Part shown: in pieces, positions 37,051 through 49,921 of the stretch
Position numbering within the stretch: the first letter of the stretch is position 1
Layout of the letters: every line of letters begins with the position of its first letter
Assembly: GCA_030704615.1 (NCBI GenBank)
Contig: CM060734.1
Span: 39,556,001-39,620,000 of the forward strand
Length of the DNA stretch: 64,000 bases
From: Takakia lepidozioides
Lineage: Eukaryota; Plantae; Bryophyta
Direction: 5' to 3'
Position numbers and translations under genes: made by a program
The notes under the pieces: generated by a model
The model's database searches: none
What the model saw: the letters and a program-made list of their open reading frames with translations, nothing else
Told to the model about the DNA's origin: nothing

Positions 37051-38485
37051 GCTGTACAGTGAGAGAAGAAAATTTGGTCTCTTTGTGTGGCGCTACATGC
37101 TGATAGATATGCATGCAGACCCTGCAGCAAAAGTTCATAAACTAGACGCAACTACCTTGAAGTGATGGAAAAGGAGGATGGTGGGCACTGGGCCTAGCTT
37201 TTTGAAACAGCATTTGCGTTATTAAGAGACACTATTGCTGACCAGATGCAATAAAGGCAGAGACACAGATTGTGTGCATGTCCACTGATAAAATCTGTTC
37301 TGAATAGAGCAAGTGGAAAAACAAACAACTGAAGCCACAATTTCCGAAATAGCCGCTCAGAACCCTGGCCATGGATCCCCTCTCCCTCCCCTCTTCTGGC
37401 TCACTATTGCAGGACTACATCGCATATTCAGAGTTGCTAGAAACACTGGTTTTCCCTATCCCCACAACAAAAAGGACTCCTAAATATGATCATGTTAGTC
37501 AACCATCCACAACTCTGAGTTATACTCCCTGCTTACCACAAAATTAGCTAGATAATTCAGTGTTCATTTATTTTGATTGTGATGACATTTTTTGGACCAC
37601 GCCACATACAACCTTCAAGTATGTTTAATGCAAGACCACAAAAGGTGGAGACTAACCTCAGAACTTTAAGCTCAGTATTGCGATGAGCTGAAGGAAGCTT
37701 GAGAGCCCAAGACAGGTCACAATGAAAGATCTACCCCAACATATTATGTGATAGGCTTCTAACCCTAATCAGTGCACAGTTCCACTGTAGACATTCTCAG
37801 AATGTTTGGCACTTACTAAGACTTCAGGGTTACTTACAGTTCAATAGTCTCTACAGTGTAGCTATCTATCTCAGGCTTTCAAAATCTGGCTCCTAGAAAA
37901 TTGGCAGTTTGTAGTTCCTTGAGTCATGAGAAAGGACCTGAACGACAGATGTGTATCCCCTGGACACAAGTCCTGTAATCAGAGAGAAAAGCAGGAGAAA
38001 ATGCACTTGGGGTAAACTTCCAACTTTGACACCATCATAAAATTCGAAGTCCTTCCAGAATACTCCAAAAAATGGCCTGCAAGTATTCTTATTGAAGAGG
38101 ATGAATAGAGATCTCAGACTTAACCCCAAGAGGTAGCTAGTGTAAAAATAATTAATCCCTGTGGAAGGATAAAATAGAGGGATAGATTTTTAAGGAGACT
38201 TACTATTCTTCCGCCTTCTACTCCGAGGAGGACCTCCAATCTTGATCAACGTACTAGCCAGCTCACTTGGGCGGCTCGTTCAACCACTAATTCGACCCTC
38301 TTTCTCAAAGGAGGTTGCCCCACACAAAACTTCCACATAACAGCAGTAGACAACGGAAGTTACTGTAGCTCCCAAGTGTTTGTGTCTCCTCTTGGAAATT
38401 CATGTGTGCGGCATGTGTCATTTTGGGCCCACTGCACTGAAGGGCTTGCGATGTTACTGACGGATTGTCTCAACATGGCCATGGT

Positions 38486-39229
38486 TCAGCCCTTCTTCAC
38501 AGGTCGCTGTACATAGGACTTGTTTGGATCCTCTGTTTTCAGTTTTGGAGGTCGAAGCTCTCCCTTCTTGGCCTTCTTTCCTGCCTTCATGAAATCTCGC
38601 CAGCTTGTAACCCTGTTTTCTCTGGTTTCCTCCCACTTCTCTTGATCCTCGCGCTTATGTTTCCACATCTCTCGCGTCTCTTCCTCCTCTTTCTTCATTC
38701 TGCCTTCTTCCTCTGAGATTCGCATTTGCAATTTTCTTCGACGCCACTCTTGCTCTGTCAATATCTCCCGCACGCGTTGCTTCCATCTCTGTTTGAACTC
38801 GTCAGACTGCTCATACTGTGACTCAAAATGCCCTTCATCAACCATGGATCTGATCTTTGATGCGTTGTCCCTCTTCAACCTCTTCTTTCTCTCTGTCCTC
38901 AATTCATCCCGGGCTAAATTGATCTGCGCTACCACATAGTCCCGCTCCTGCGGTTCCAGTAGCAATTGCTGCGCTTTCGCCAATGCCGAAAAAGCGTCTT
39001 TCGCTTGGGGATGCTTGCACTTATCTGGATGAATCAACAACGATAACCTTCGATATTGCCTCCGCACTTCTTCCACGCTGGCATCGAAAGGGAGATTGAG
39101 ATGTTCGAAGGGATTGAGCTTAAAGCATGATAATACCCTGACAACTTCATTGTCACGTTCAACATCACTAACTTCAGCAAAAAACTCTTTCAACAACGCT
39201 TCATCCGCCGCTGTGGTTATCTCCGCCAT
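38486..39229 (-). CDS. DnaJ-domain protein, DNAJC8/Spf31-like, intronless CDS
   Basis: LKEFFAEVSDVERDNEV, J-domain with HPD motif (LIHPDKCKHP), C-terminal KWEETRENRVTSWRDF...LRPPKLKTED. Confidence 0.9.
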   Translation of the reverse strand: MAEITTAADEALLKEFFAEVSDVERDNEVVRVLSCFKLNPFEHLNLPFDASVEEVRRQYRRLSLLIHPDKCKHPQAKDAFSALAKAQQLLLEPQERDYVVAQINLARDELRTERKKRLKRDNASKIRSMVDEGHFESQYEQSDEFKQRWKQRVREILTEQEWRRRKLQMRISEEEGRMKKEEEETREMWKHKREDQEKWEETRENRVTSWRDFMKAGKKAKKGELRPPKLKTEDPNKSYVQRPVKKG

Positions 39230-40191
39230 GGTCTCTCCCCGCTCCAAGCTCAGAAAGTTGGAAGAGGGAACGTTGCATACCTAGTATGCAAAGCATGCAA
39301 TACTGAAACAGGCAGCTGCATACACACAGGAGATTAGGACCTCCAAAGAAATACTTTATGTCGGGACGAAAAAAAGGTTATCCTGCTCAAAAAGTACCTA
39401 CGCAAATGCTTCATCCACCGCTCCTCTCTGCATCCGCCATGCTCTCTTCTCTTTCCACAATCAGCAAAACCAAGGGAGAAAGCGTGCATAGAAAACCCCA
39501 GCAGGAGAACGCGGCAGAGAGAAGGATTACTTGAAGCTTTTGGCCAAAGCGGATTTAAGCTTACCTAGTGCTCACAGCCGAGGAACATGAATGGCAAACG
39601 GATGGACTCCTTTTACTTCCCCCACCGCGGATCTTCATCCTACTGCAATACCCATCGACCATCGATCTTGCAAATTTCAACGGATACGATGAACAACATT
39701 TTGTTCGGGGATAGAAAGAATCAAAGGCTCTACTTTTCCGATCCTGCACACTTCGGCCGTTGGATCTTTGTGAAACAAAATGAATGAAATATTAAAGTGG
39801 TGGTTGGTACACCAGGACTGTGCATCCGCTCTAAAATCTTCAAAACCCAGTTACCTAGTCTTATCATAAATCAAGCAGAGTTCTTGGGGTTTGAATGTCA
39901 TCCCATCTGGCCACATTCAGCTGTTGGCTGAATACTCCAGAAACAGCATAATACAGCCAGCCATTGCTTAGACGATGTAGGGCATGATCATGCAGGGGCA
40001 AGTTAAGCCAAGGATAGTGAAGCTAGTAGTCACCAAGCTTATGAAAGGGGGCACACACGGAAATGTACAGTGGACAACAATTTGCATTATGGCCTACTAC
40101 TGTGTACAGAGGACTGGGAACTGGGTCATAGATCATTTCAGTCATAGATCATTTCATTCAGCTATAACTTGCGTATCCAACCCAACAAAAT

Positions 40192-43100
40192 TTAAGGGAA
40201 GAGAGCATTGACAAACGCTTGAGCATCAAATGGTTGCAAGTCATTCACCCCTTCTCCAACACCTACAAATTTAACAGGGATGGAGAGCTCATCCACCACG
40301 CTCACCTGTACATACCAATCACAATCAACTTTTGCGGGTTGCCAAGCATATTTTTCAACAAGTTCATGACAAACTGGTGGACAAGTTCATGCATGTGAGA
40401 AATAATAGGGTATTGATTTTGTGACCTGCTTTCCTCATGTGAAGTCCTGAGGAACTATTTTTGGGCCTTCAAAGCTTGCCTATGAAGGAGTATAGTAATT
40501 ACACCTGCTCGCCTCTGTATTGTAGAACTTTCAAAAGTATTAAGGGCACAGCCATTCGTTCCATAAAATCAGCAAAGACAGCTCCAGTTGAAAAAACCAC
40601 ACTTTCTGACGTATAGGCAAGGAAGAATACTTACCACACAACCACCTCGAGCAGTACCGTCAAGCTTGGTTAGAACAAACCCAGTGACACCAACAACCTG
40701 ATTCACATGAAACAAAATCAGGAGGGTTCAGAGCTCCTACGAAGGCGACAGCTGCAACTTGATCATTTAGGATAAAAGTCGGACCTGGTTGAATTCCCTT
40801 GCTTGTGGAAGCATGTTCAGCCCGGTGGTGCCATCCAGGACTAATAGAACCTCCTGTAAATCACAGAAAACAATGCCACTTCACTGACAATGTTGAAACA
40901 CGTGCCAAATTACATCTGAAAACATGGAAAGGGATTTCAGCAGAGCTTTCCTGCATCAAAAAATAAATAATGTTTGGAACACCCAAACAAAAAAGACCAA
41001 TGATTTCAAGGACAAGATGCGCCTCAAATTGAACTGCTCATATGTACAGTTTACATTTTGAATGGCGTCTGAAAGACTATTTAGAGATGCACTAGGTGCT
41101 ATTGGCTCATTCAGCCAAGTCCTGATTTTTATCTTAAAAATATTTGTCCTAAAGCCAACTGTCTAAGGGAAGGCTTTGACCTGATTGATGGCAATGTTTG
41201 AAAGTAAAACCTCTACAATCCAAAGCCTACAAACTCGACCCAACAGAAGGACGTGTGAGGATGACATTCATTATCCTAACACATACCCAGATATACATAC
41301 ATTGGGGGCGCTTGGGAGAGTCTTGGTGACAGCACGCTTGCAAGAACGCAACTCCTCCATCAGATTATAGTTCGTATGGAGTCCTGTAGAACCCTTTCCC
41401 CTACAGGTGACACTCATGTCCCCATGATTGACAATAATCACACCATGTTGACAGCCAGAAACAAGGTCTTCGACTACAAATAGACTAACAATTGATCAGC
41501 TACTTCGTCATCCATACTACTTTCTAAATAGCATCTTTGCTGCCACAATACAAAGTTCTTGAATCTCCACTGGGAACGATGAAATCTAAGTGGCTATGCC
41601 ACCCTAGCAAAGAGTTCAAGGTTGTTGAGCATGGCCTCCCTAAGTAAACTGCATGGAGAAGCTCTCATCACAGGGTGCTCTTACTAAGGGTATAAGAGGT
41701 GCTCACGTCCAGATGTGTCACACAGAACCAGGTCAAAATCCTGTTCCATACCCCGTCGAACAGCCTGTGACAAAACTGCAACATGCACATTGAAATTAAG
41801 TACATTTACTCCATACACAAGCCCATGATGTTAGCATACAGAAAATCTACTGTTGCGTCATATATACAATTCGTCTTTGAAGAATGTGCATTGACACCTG
41901 TGGCAGGCCTGGTCTTCTCTCCTTCAGCCACAGTAATCTCTGCGCCTGTTCTCTGAGCCCAAACCTCCAACTGCTCACTAGCTGCAGCTCTAAATGTGTC
42001 ACCTGCTGCCATGAGAACCTTTAACCACCAGCATCAGTAATGAAAAGCAACTTCAGCAAATGAGATTATCAAATCCAACACAGACCTTGACATATGTGAC
42101 AGACAGGTGGGAACAACTCTCTCACAACTCACGAGGATAGGAAGATAATATCAGCTCCTTGTAACAGTATGATCCATTCCCCACCATTCCACAACATTAC
42201 CGGTTCTGAAAATGCATTAACAGACGGTAGTGGACCAGGAAAGGAGAAACAGCAATTGCAAGTATGAGGATCTCACAAAAAAAATGTGGAGGGCAGAGGG
42301 GATTACATATGTATTTAGATACCATTGAACAAGAAGTTACTAGAACGTAGAGGGTGAATAGATAAACACAGTTGATGTGGAGAGAAAAGACATGAAGAAA
42401 CACCTTGACATCCTCCTGTCTAAATCTGTTCGCCAACTTTCCTGCAAAGGGAGGTAAGGGAAATGCCTCAGCAAAATTAATTACAGAAGAACATACCAAT
42501 CAATGAATGCATTACAGATGCTTTAAGATGCCATGGTCAGGCACCGGCTTTTCTGACCCTCATTGACATAGTAAGCTAGTGAATTACAGCTGAACAAACC
42601 CTGCAAATATGCACAAACAAGAATGCAACATTTTCATGCTTACCAATGGTTGTAGTCTTTCCCCCTCCATTGACACCAACAATCATAATGACAGCTGGAC
42701 GACTGCATACACCAAACCCCATTCAACCCTTCAATTTGTGCCAGTTATGAGTTGAGGTCCATGATTAAACGAAACCAGCCAGATTGAGCAGCAGAAGGGT
42801 CTATTTAACTGTGCCTAGTGATAAGGAAGTTGTCAATAATATGCAGCTCTACATATACCAACTTAAATGTATTTTTTTAATGGCAATGCTGCAAAATGGG
42901 AGATTCAAACCTGGTGCCAAGCTGGAGCTCAGTGGTGCTTACTTTCTCCGTCAGCAGCCTCACTATATTTTTCTTCAGGGCCACCTGTTGAAGGTCACAG
43001 TAAATTCATGCAAATCATCAACTGCAGACAGGAACATGTGTCACAAAATTGGTCTGTTTTCGGTCCAGACAAGATACCATTTGGAGAGCTACACCTTTAA

Positions 43101-44119
43101 GCTGTTCTAATGCATCACCGACGTTAGTGAAAAATTAAAATTCCAGAACCACAGGGGAAAAATTGCAAGCATTGTTTACCTTGATGTCAGGACCAGACTT
43201 TAATTTTCCAGCCAGAATGTCTTCGCGAAGGCTGTCGACTATCTTAAGAGCAGTTCTTGGCCCGAAGTCTGAGACAAGCAACGCCTGTAAGGGGTCATGG
43301 ACCACACCATAAGTCTGCCTCCTCTCCCTCTTTTCGTTCTACAGTCTGCTGTTAGTAGAGCTTGCAACGACAAACAGGATGAGCGAAAAGTTAGACGACA
43401 TACATCGAGGAAAATACAGACAATTAAAAGCAGGGTAAGGCGACACATAGGAACACAAATATACTGACAGGGATCGAACGTAATCTTGTGCGCAAGCAAC
43501 AGAATCACAGGGGGATACGGGAACGCATATTTGTGGGAAGGCAACAACTCGGTACCTCACCTAAAGGGAATAAGAGAATAAAACCGGAGATTGGTCTGCT
43601 CGTAGATGGACCTGATATGGGCAAATAGATGAAATTCAACACAGATATAAGAGATGACTAACGGGCGAGTTGCTTCACTACAGGTTCGTAGCTAGTGGAT
43701 AGTGAACAAAAAGGGAGTACCTCTTCCAGCTCATCGAGAATATTATCGGACTCAGAAAGGTTCCAATAAGTGAGCAGCTCATCGACAACTGCCAAGTTTT
43801 CACGGGTTTTGGAAAACCCCGAAAACAGCAGCTGTATGTCACTCTTCGCCTTCTCCTTGATCACACGCCCGAGCCTCCCAAGGAATCCTACCTTCTCAGT
43901 GGCACACCTCACACCTATAATGCTAGAAGACTCTTGCCTTTGCCCTCTACTTTGTGGACAGTCGACTACAGGGAACCAAAGAGGAGTTGCCACAAAAGAG
44001 CGTGAAGCCTTGTATAGATTTTCCCTGAAATACGATCGAGATGACACTGGCAATGTTGCTGTGCCGCAATGTTGCTGCGCGGGGTTAAGAATGCCAGGTT
44101 TCGCGAGTAAGATCGCCAT
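40192..44119 (-). CDS. cpFtsY: Chloroplast SRP receptor cpFtsY; 11 exons: 44119-43721, 43284-43180, 42984-42911, 42702-42644, 42441-42404, 42018-41898, 41775-41707, 41383-41301, 40853-40785, 40697-40635, 40305-40192
   Basis: Transit-peptide-like N-terminus; LFSGFSKTRENL, ALLVSDFG, GVNGGGKTT (G1), DTFRAAA, DTSGRL, TKLDGTARGG, GVGEGVNDLQPFD; all junctions GT-AG. Confidence 0.95.
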
Positions 44120-44430
44120 CGCTGACAAGCGAGGGAAGAGCCCTCTTGAAATCAACCGACTTTTCTACCCTTTGCTTTGCCAGGGGCCCCGCCACCCGTT
44201 TAGCCCATTATTGCCCTTTATAAAGCTATACATTTTTATCTCATCTGCAAACAATAGTTGATAAAATCCCAGAAAACGTCGCTGTAAGTGCATTATAATA
44301 TTTTAGAAAATGATTCAACCATGATATTATGACAATTTATGAGGATGTTTAATATGACAAATACAATTTATGGAAACTATTACAAAATGTAGTTCACAAT
44401 TGGATCACATTTTGGACAAACATCCGCGCC

Positions 44431-44448
44431 TATATATATATATATATA
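44431..44448. repeat. (TA)9 microsatellite
   Basis: Direct reading. Confidence 0.9.
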
Positions 44449-44574
44449 ACACTTCCGGAAGGAACCGTAAATTATGGTGTCTCTTGACCCCGAAGGGTAG
44501 TGTCTTCCAGCCAAGCCAACAACACATTATGCCCCGCATTGGATGGTAGAGCCATTGCGCAGCTTGTTTTTTAC

Positions 44575-45098
44575 TCGCCTGCAGCCATTCGTAGAGATGT
44601 TGCTTCAGTGCTCAACCTTAACGATTCGGACGTGTGACACGTGCGTGTGATTAGCACGCATAGTTGTTTAAGAAAGTCATGCCCATGGTTTTTTAGAACC
44701 TTGCCATTGCACAATACCGCGATACGTTGATGTATGCCACTATACGTGGTGGGGGCTATCGTCCCGGAGCAGACTGCTCATACGACCCTGGATGTGACAG
44801 CATGACGTATTATCTTGAGGGTTCGAGAGGTGTTGCCCTCAGGAGTCCTAATCTTGAAGGGTCAGGATGACATGACTTGGAAGGACCATGTGCGTAACTG
44901 CGTGCCATGTCACCACCCAAATGTTGATGGCAGGATTGACCCAAAGGTTTGAGGTGCATGTTGTGTGGGTCTGCCAGAGGGGTAGCCACCATGCTGGTAT
45001 GTGATCGATGTTCAAGAGGTTGGCATATGGGATACTTGACACCACCTCTTGAGATGGTTCCTGATGGAGATTGGTTATGTCCACCTTGCATTGGATAG
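44575..45098 (+). mobile_element. Gypsy integrase C-terminal fragment ending in a PHD finger
   Basis: VMPMVF*NLAIAQYRDTLMYATIRGGGYRP...ILRVREVLPSGVLILKG...DHVRNCVPCH, then CMLCGSARGVATMLVCDRCSRGWHMGYLTPPLEMVPDGDWLCPPC* (C4HC3 with one Cys>Tyr; 44955-45089). Confidence 0.8.
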
Positions 45099-45332
45099 TG
45101 GGAGTGGATACAACCATGGAAAGCTAACAAAAAACACATGGCCAAATTACTAGGAGACCATACACGAGATCTTGGCTCAAGTTCACTGATTGCAAGACGA
45201 CGACTAACGATGGGGCTACTCTTGTATCTGGCCTCTTGTAGAGTTTGAGTACAATTACAACCGTGCACCCTAAGATGATTGCAGACAATTCCTACAAGGG
45301 CAGGATGTTGCTCAATGGAGGAGGCCATGATA

Positions 45333-45500
45333 ATCAATTGTTCATACTACAGAACGTATTCATTGCTCGGCTTGCGGTCATCTTTTTGCTCGAATCAGAG
45401 GTTTGGCTCGCCACCAACACACTTGCACGGCCTTTTGGCAAACTAATCATGAAGGTTCTTCTGTACCCACTCCCCTCGGTGTTTTGCAAGCTCCCGGGTT
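45333..45500 (+). repeat. Second copy of the CRE-like element zinc-finger segment
   Basis: Clear nucleotide homology to ~32326-32492 (CAATTGTTCATACTAC...GAGGTTTGGCTCGCCA...CATGAAGGTTC); encodes IHCSACGHLFARIRGLARHQHTC. Confidence 0.85.
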
Positions 45501-47497
45501 TGTAGTATACACAGCGTTGCCACCTTCTATAAAACACCGCTCGATAAACCTCGCTGAGAAGGAACCCGCAGCCAACAAAACTCCTGCGAGAGGGAAGGGA
45601 AAGGGTACAAAAGACAAAGGGAAGGAGAAGGCCACCCAAGGGGAGGCTGCGGGGGGTGAGGCAGCGCAGACCCCAATTGCAAACAAGGAACGAAAACGCA
45701 AGGGGAAGTTTGAGCCATACTACGAAGTGGAGCACCCATCCAGAATCCAGCGAGAATGTAAATGCGAGCTTGTCAATGATTCATTCCTTGCCATGATGGA
45801 GAGTAGAAAATCTGGTTACACTGGAGAACCCTCTCAAACTTGGGGCAAGCTGTGTGCATTCCTTGAGTTGGTAAGCCAATTCCCAGTGTTTGTTGATGTT
45901 AATGTTTTCCATTTTGGATGGTGATTGAATTTTTGCCTTCTGTCTGTTTTCAGGTTTCGAAGGGGCAATGTTGGATCAATGGTACTCAAAAACCCTATGG
46001 TGCCGACATGGTGATTCCCCTTGGGCTCTGCTATTATGTATATTCGGCGATACGGCAGGCTCGATGTACTGCTCAAGAGAGGAAGAAGATGCAAGAAGGA
46101 AGGAAGAAGAAGAAGAAAGGATGTTTAATCTCTGTTGCACTAATGCTATTGGTTAATCTAGACAATGTGATCTCCATGAACTTGATGCTGTATCAATTTC
46201 TACAAATATTTTTTTCCACAGCCAGAAACAAGTGGGGCTACGATTAACTTCTTAAGTTTTAGTGATCAGAAAGACCATTGGAGCTCTGAAAAGCCTCTGT
46301 GGACTCTACTTCCAACTCTGAGAATCATAGAGTATGAAGTATGAAGTGGGCAGAAAAAGAGAATTTACATTGAAGTAGTTCTAAGAGGCCAATTGACCAT
46401 CAAATGGAAAACCGGATTTTAGGCAAGAATTGAGCCAAATCCATAGAGGACCATGGACCACTTAACAGAACACACACATCCAGGCAACATATCATAACAG
46501 GCAGGTACTCCAGCCAGAAAGAAAATTACGTCGGCAGACCATCATAATTGAAATGTGCAAGTATTTGAGACTGTAAATCTCACTGCATTCGTGTTAAAAT
46601 TGATCTTAGCCATAAGACTTTGTTATAGAAACAGGATGTTTGCATCCACGAAATATATGGAGAGGCATGTGTTTCAGGTTCAAATTGAATACAGTTAGCC
46701 ATCTGACTTGACATAGAAAGAGGCGTTTTGCATCCATGAACAGAGCACGTGATTCACACTCCACAATCCAACCTATGCTTTTGCTTATTACACAGTAGTA
46801 TCGCTTCTAATAGAGGAGAACAGCACACGGCCAGAAACAGAACAAATCACCATCTGATAGTCTCAAACTCCTCATGTACATATCCCTCCAGCCAAACTGA
46901 TGGAGGGTGACAGGTCCCTGCCGTATCTGCAACCAAAAATCTTTCTAAAGGCTGCCTGTTCAACAATGGCTGAACACCAATACAGAACCTAACATTACCA
47001 GTTATCTGGCTCCAGCTTTCAGAGTCCAGCATTAAGCAAAACGGGTTCAAAGCTGAATCATGCAGACCTCCCACACTTTGCGTTGGACACATTGATTGTC
47101 TGTGTTGGGCAATTGACCATTCATCACACTGCCAAGTCAAAACCGTTTATCTGTATCCTTGAAGCTCCTCGAGATCTGGTCCATTTCAACAAACAACATA
47201 CATTGGAACACAACACAGGGTTCCCCAGCCCTGATCGTCCCCTTGCACATCCTCTCTCGCTAGTGAGCGACCTACTTGCTCTCCTGACACTGGTTTTAAG
47301 CCCCAAACAGAACACACTTTTTACATGCATGGTCTAGAGAGTGCCTTTGGTTGTACTAATAGTGATGGACGTTATACATGACCAAAATTAAAAAGGCAGA
47401 ATATAGTAGATTAAAACCACTCCCCCAGACAGAGAACCCTTCAGTTTCCAACAAATTACGACTACAAGATTGATATGAGCTGGAGCAGAATCCTGAC

Positions 47498-48715
47498 CTC
47501 TGATTTGAAGGTATCTGAAAAGCTCTTCATTTGTTGAGCCAACTCATCCCTCGTTTGTGCCCCTGAAATCACGTCCTCAGTTGCATAATCAGACATCCAA
47601 CATGAGTTTAGGAATCTAAAATTCCCATGTTTGTCAGACTATGGCAACATCATATGTACGTGGATGCATACAGGCATTCCTTATTGCCACTACTTGTTGT
47701 ACCATGGAGCTTCTGACATCTCCAGGGCCACAGTCCGGGTGTCTCTGCAGTCAAAACCACATTGAACATGTTCGAGAGTATACAGCATGGTCTTGCAAAA
47801 ATGAGTACATGGGGATTTCAAAGTTTCATGGTAGGAACTCCAGCAATAAGGAGGTAAGTGAGCATCTCAACTCCTGACAACGGGAATTGACATTAATGAG
47901 TTAAGAGGACACTAAAATTTAGGTCATTCATCTTTTCCTTGAGTACATTTAAACTAGCTTGAGACAAACAAAGCGCGGAATTTATTGAGCCCCCAACCCA
48001 CCGTCTCTGATTTATCAAAGGAATAGATCAAGAGAGGACTTCTCACGGGGCTTTTATCAGAGAGATGTTATACCGGACATGTAGAAGATTGAGGAGAGGC
48101 TCAGGGTTTCAACAAGGTGTTGACTTATCTCCCCGCTAAAAACCCTAGAAGACCTCGCAAGAGCATACAAGTGGAGGCTACGGTTGTCAATGAACGTCTT
48201 AATGATGACAGCGCTCTCATACTGTAACATTAGTCGCAACAAACTGCCAAGCATGTCGGATAAATGGCACCGTTACCTTTCTGGGCCATATCCTCGATAG
48301 CTTTCGAGGACCGCACTGCAAACCTTTGAAATGATTGGCTGCAAGACCACAGACGAGAGATTTCGCAGTCACAACTCTGCGTAATTCAGCACTACACTCT
48401 CTTATCCACCAGTTGGGACCTTTTCGCCATCCCCACATCTCTATGGTGTTCTAACTCTATGCCATGCCGAGGATTAGGTCACCGGTCGTGAAATCCTTTA
48501 GAATGTTTCACCATCGGCCCAGAAACAGTATGCAATAATTTCAAACAATGCATGCAGAAACGGAGACCATGGAAACTGAGAGACAAAGAGTGGGGGAGGA
48601 GTTGGCAACTGAAGGAAGAGACAAGCAAGTACTTGTTAGCAAGGCGATCGACAATGATCTCGTTGACAACGTACTGCATCACCCGTGCTAAGAATCCGCC
48701 TCCCCTTCCAGCCAT
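47498..48715 (-). CDS. Small conserved plant protein of unknown function; exons 48715-48633, 48338-48277, 47562-47498 (last exon unresolved)
   Basis: Spliced product MAGRGGGFLARVMQYVVNEIIVDRLANNQSFQRFAVRSSKAIEDMAQKGAQTRDELAQQMKSFSDTFKSE; GT-AG junctions keep frame. Confidence 0.75.
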
Positions 48716-49921
48716 CGCTTCCCGGTTCCTGTTCCTCGCAACTCCAACTCTTCCAGACTGCTTCGAATTGGTGGCAGCAAAAGCCCCAAAAGCCCTGAGC
48801 GTTAGGGATTTCGGACACAGGGAAAGCGGTTGTGGGTTCCAATTCGTCTAAGCGCGTTGGACCCGCTGGCCCACCAGCAAACTTCGGTACTTCTATTTAG
48901 TAATTAATCCCCGCTCCTTTGCGCTGCTTCGCTAACTTCGTTCAGCGCAGTATGCAGCGCACAGAAAACTGACGGAATTAACATATCGTTCGACGATACC
49001 TTTTCCGTCCATGTTGCGGGAAACTTTGTCCGTCTCATTCGATTGCCTGAGGGATCGAATGTGTTTCGGAGTGCTGCTGACCCGATTGCGAAATTCTTAC
49101 CAGAATTTACAGAATCGCGCGATGCCGGGATGCAGGTGATGGATTCCCTTCTGCTGTGCTACCACCGATGCGGAGGCCCTGCTGCTCTGGTATAACTTAG
49201 AGTCCTTTTGCTTGGACGATTGTATTGTATTGGGAGCTTTAGCAACTTGATGTCTTTGGTAATAGTTTACAAAATCCTGTCTTATTTGAGTCCAGGATTT
49301 GCTGAGGTTTCAATCTGTCTGCGATACAATCCCTGCGTGCAAATATCGTCACGCGACACACCAGATTTCCAACGTGTGCCTTCTCATGCGTCTCATCCCT
49401 GCTGGGACGAGAGCGGTGTTGATATCTCCTGTACCGTCTGACTCCAACATTAGAGCTGCAGGAGGGGAAGCTCACCGCATAGAGGGAAAAGGGAATGTGG
49501 AAATCCACATCAAGCCTTGCAAGATGAAGATAATTCAGCCTTACATCAACACTCAATTTCCTGTATCCGGCTTCTCTGGGCTGAGTTTCATACGTTAGAA
49601 TGATAGTATGCATTGGGCTATGATGCAAGAATATAGTGTTCTCATGTAATTAAAATGTGCACAACCAGCTCCAGGAGGGTTAGTATCAAGGGGGCACAAT
49701 GCCTCAATCGTGCATCGTCGTCAGTGTTCACAGGTGATGGTCATAGTACACATGTCCGCTCGCTCTTCTCTCCCCTCCCCATAGACCTAACCAAGCTGTT
49801 ATTCCCTTGTGTTGGAATTTATTTACCTCGATGTACTAAATGTAGAAGCATGGACAATGAACTAGTAGCTCAGTACGATATTTTTGGTGCAGGCAGACAG
49901 GCGTAGGATAAGTGGGAGGGG

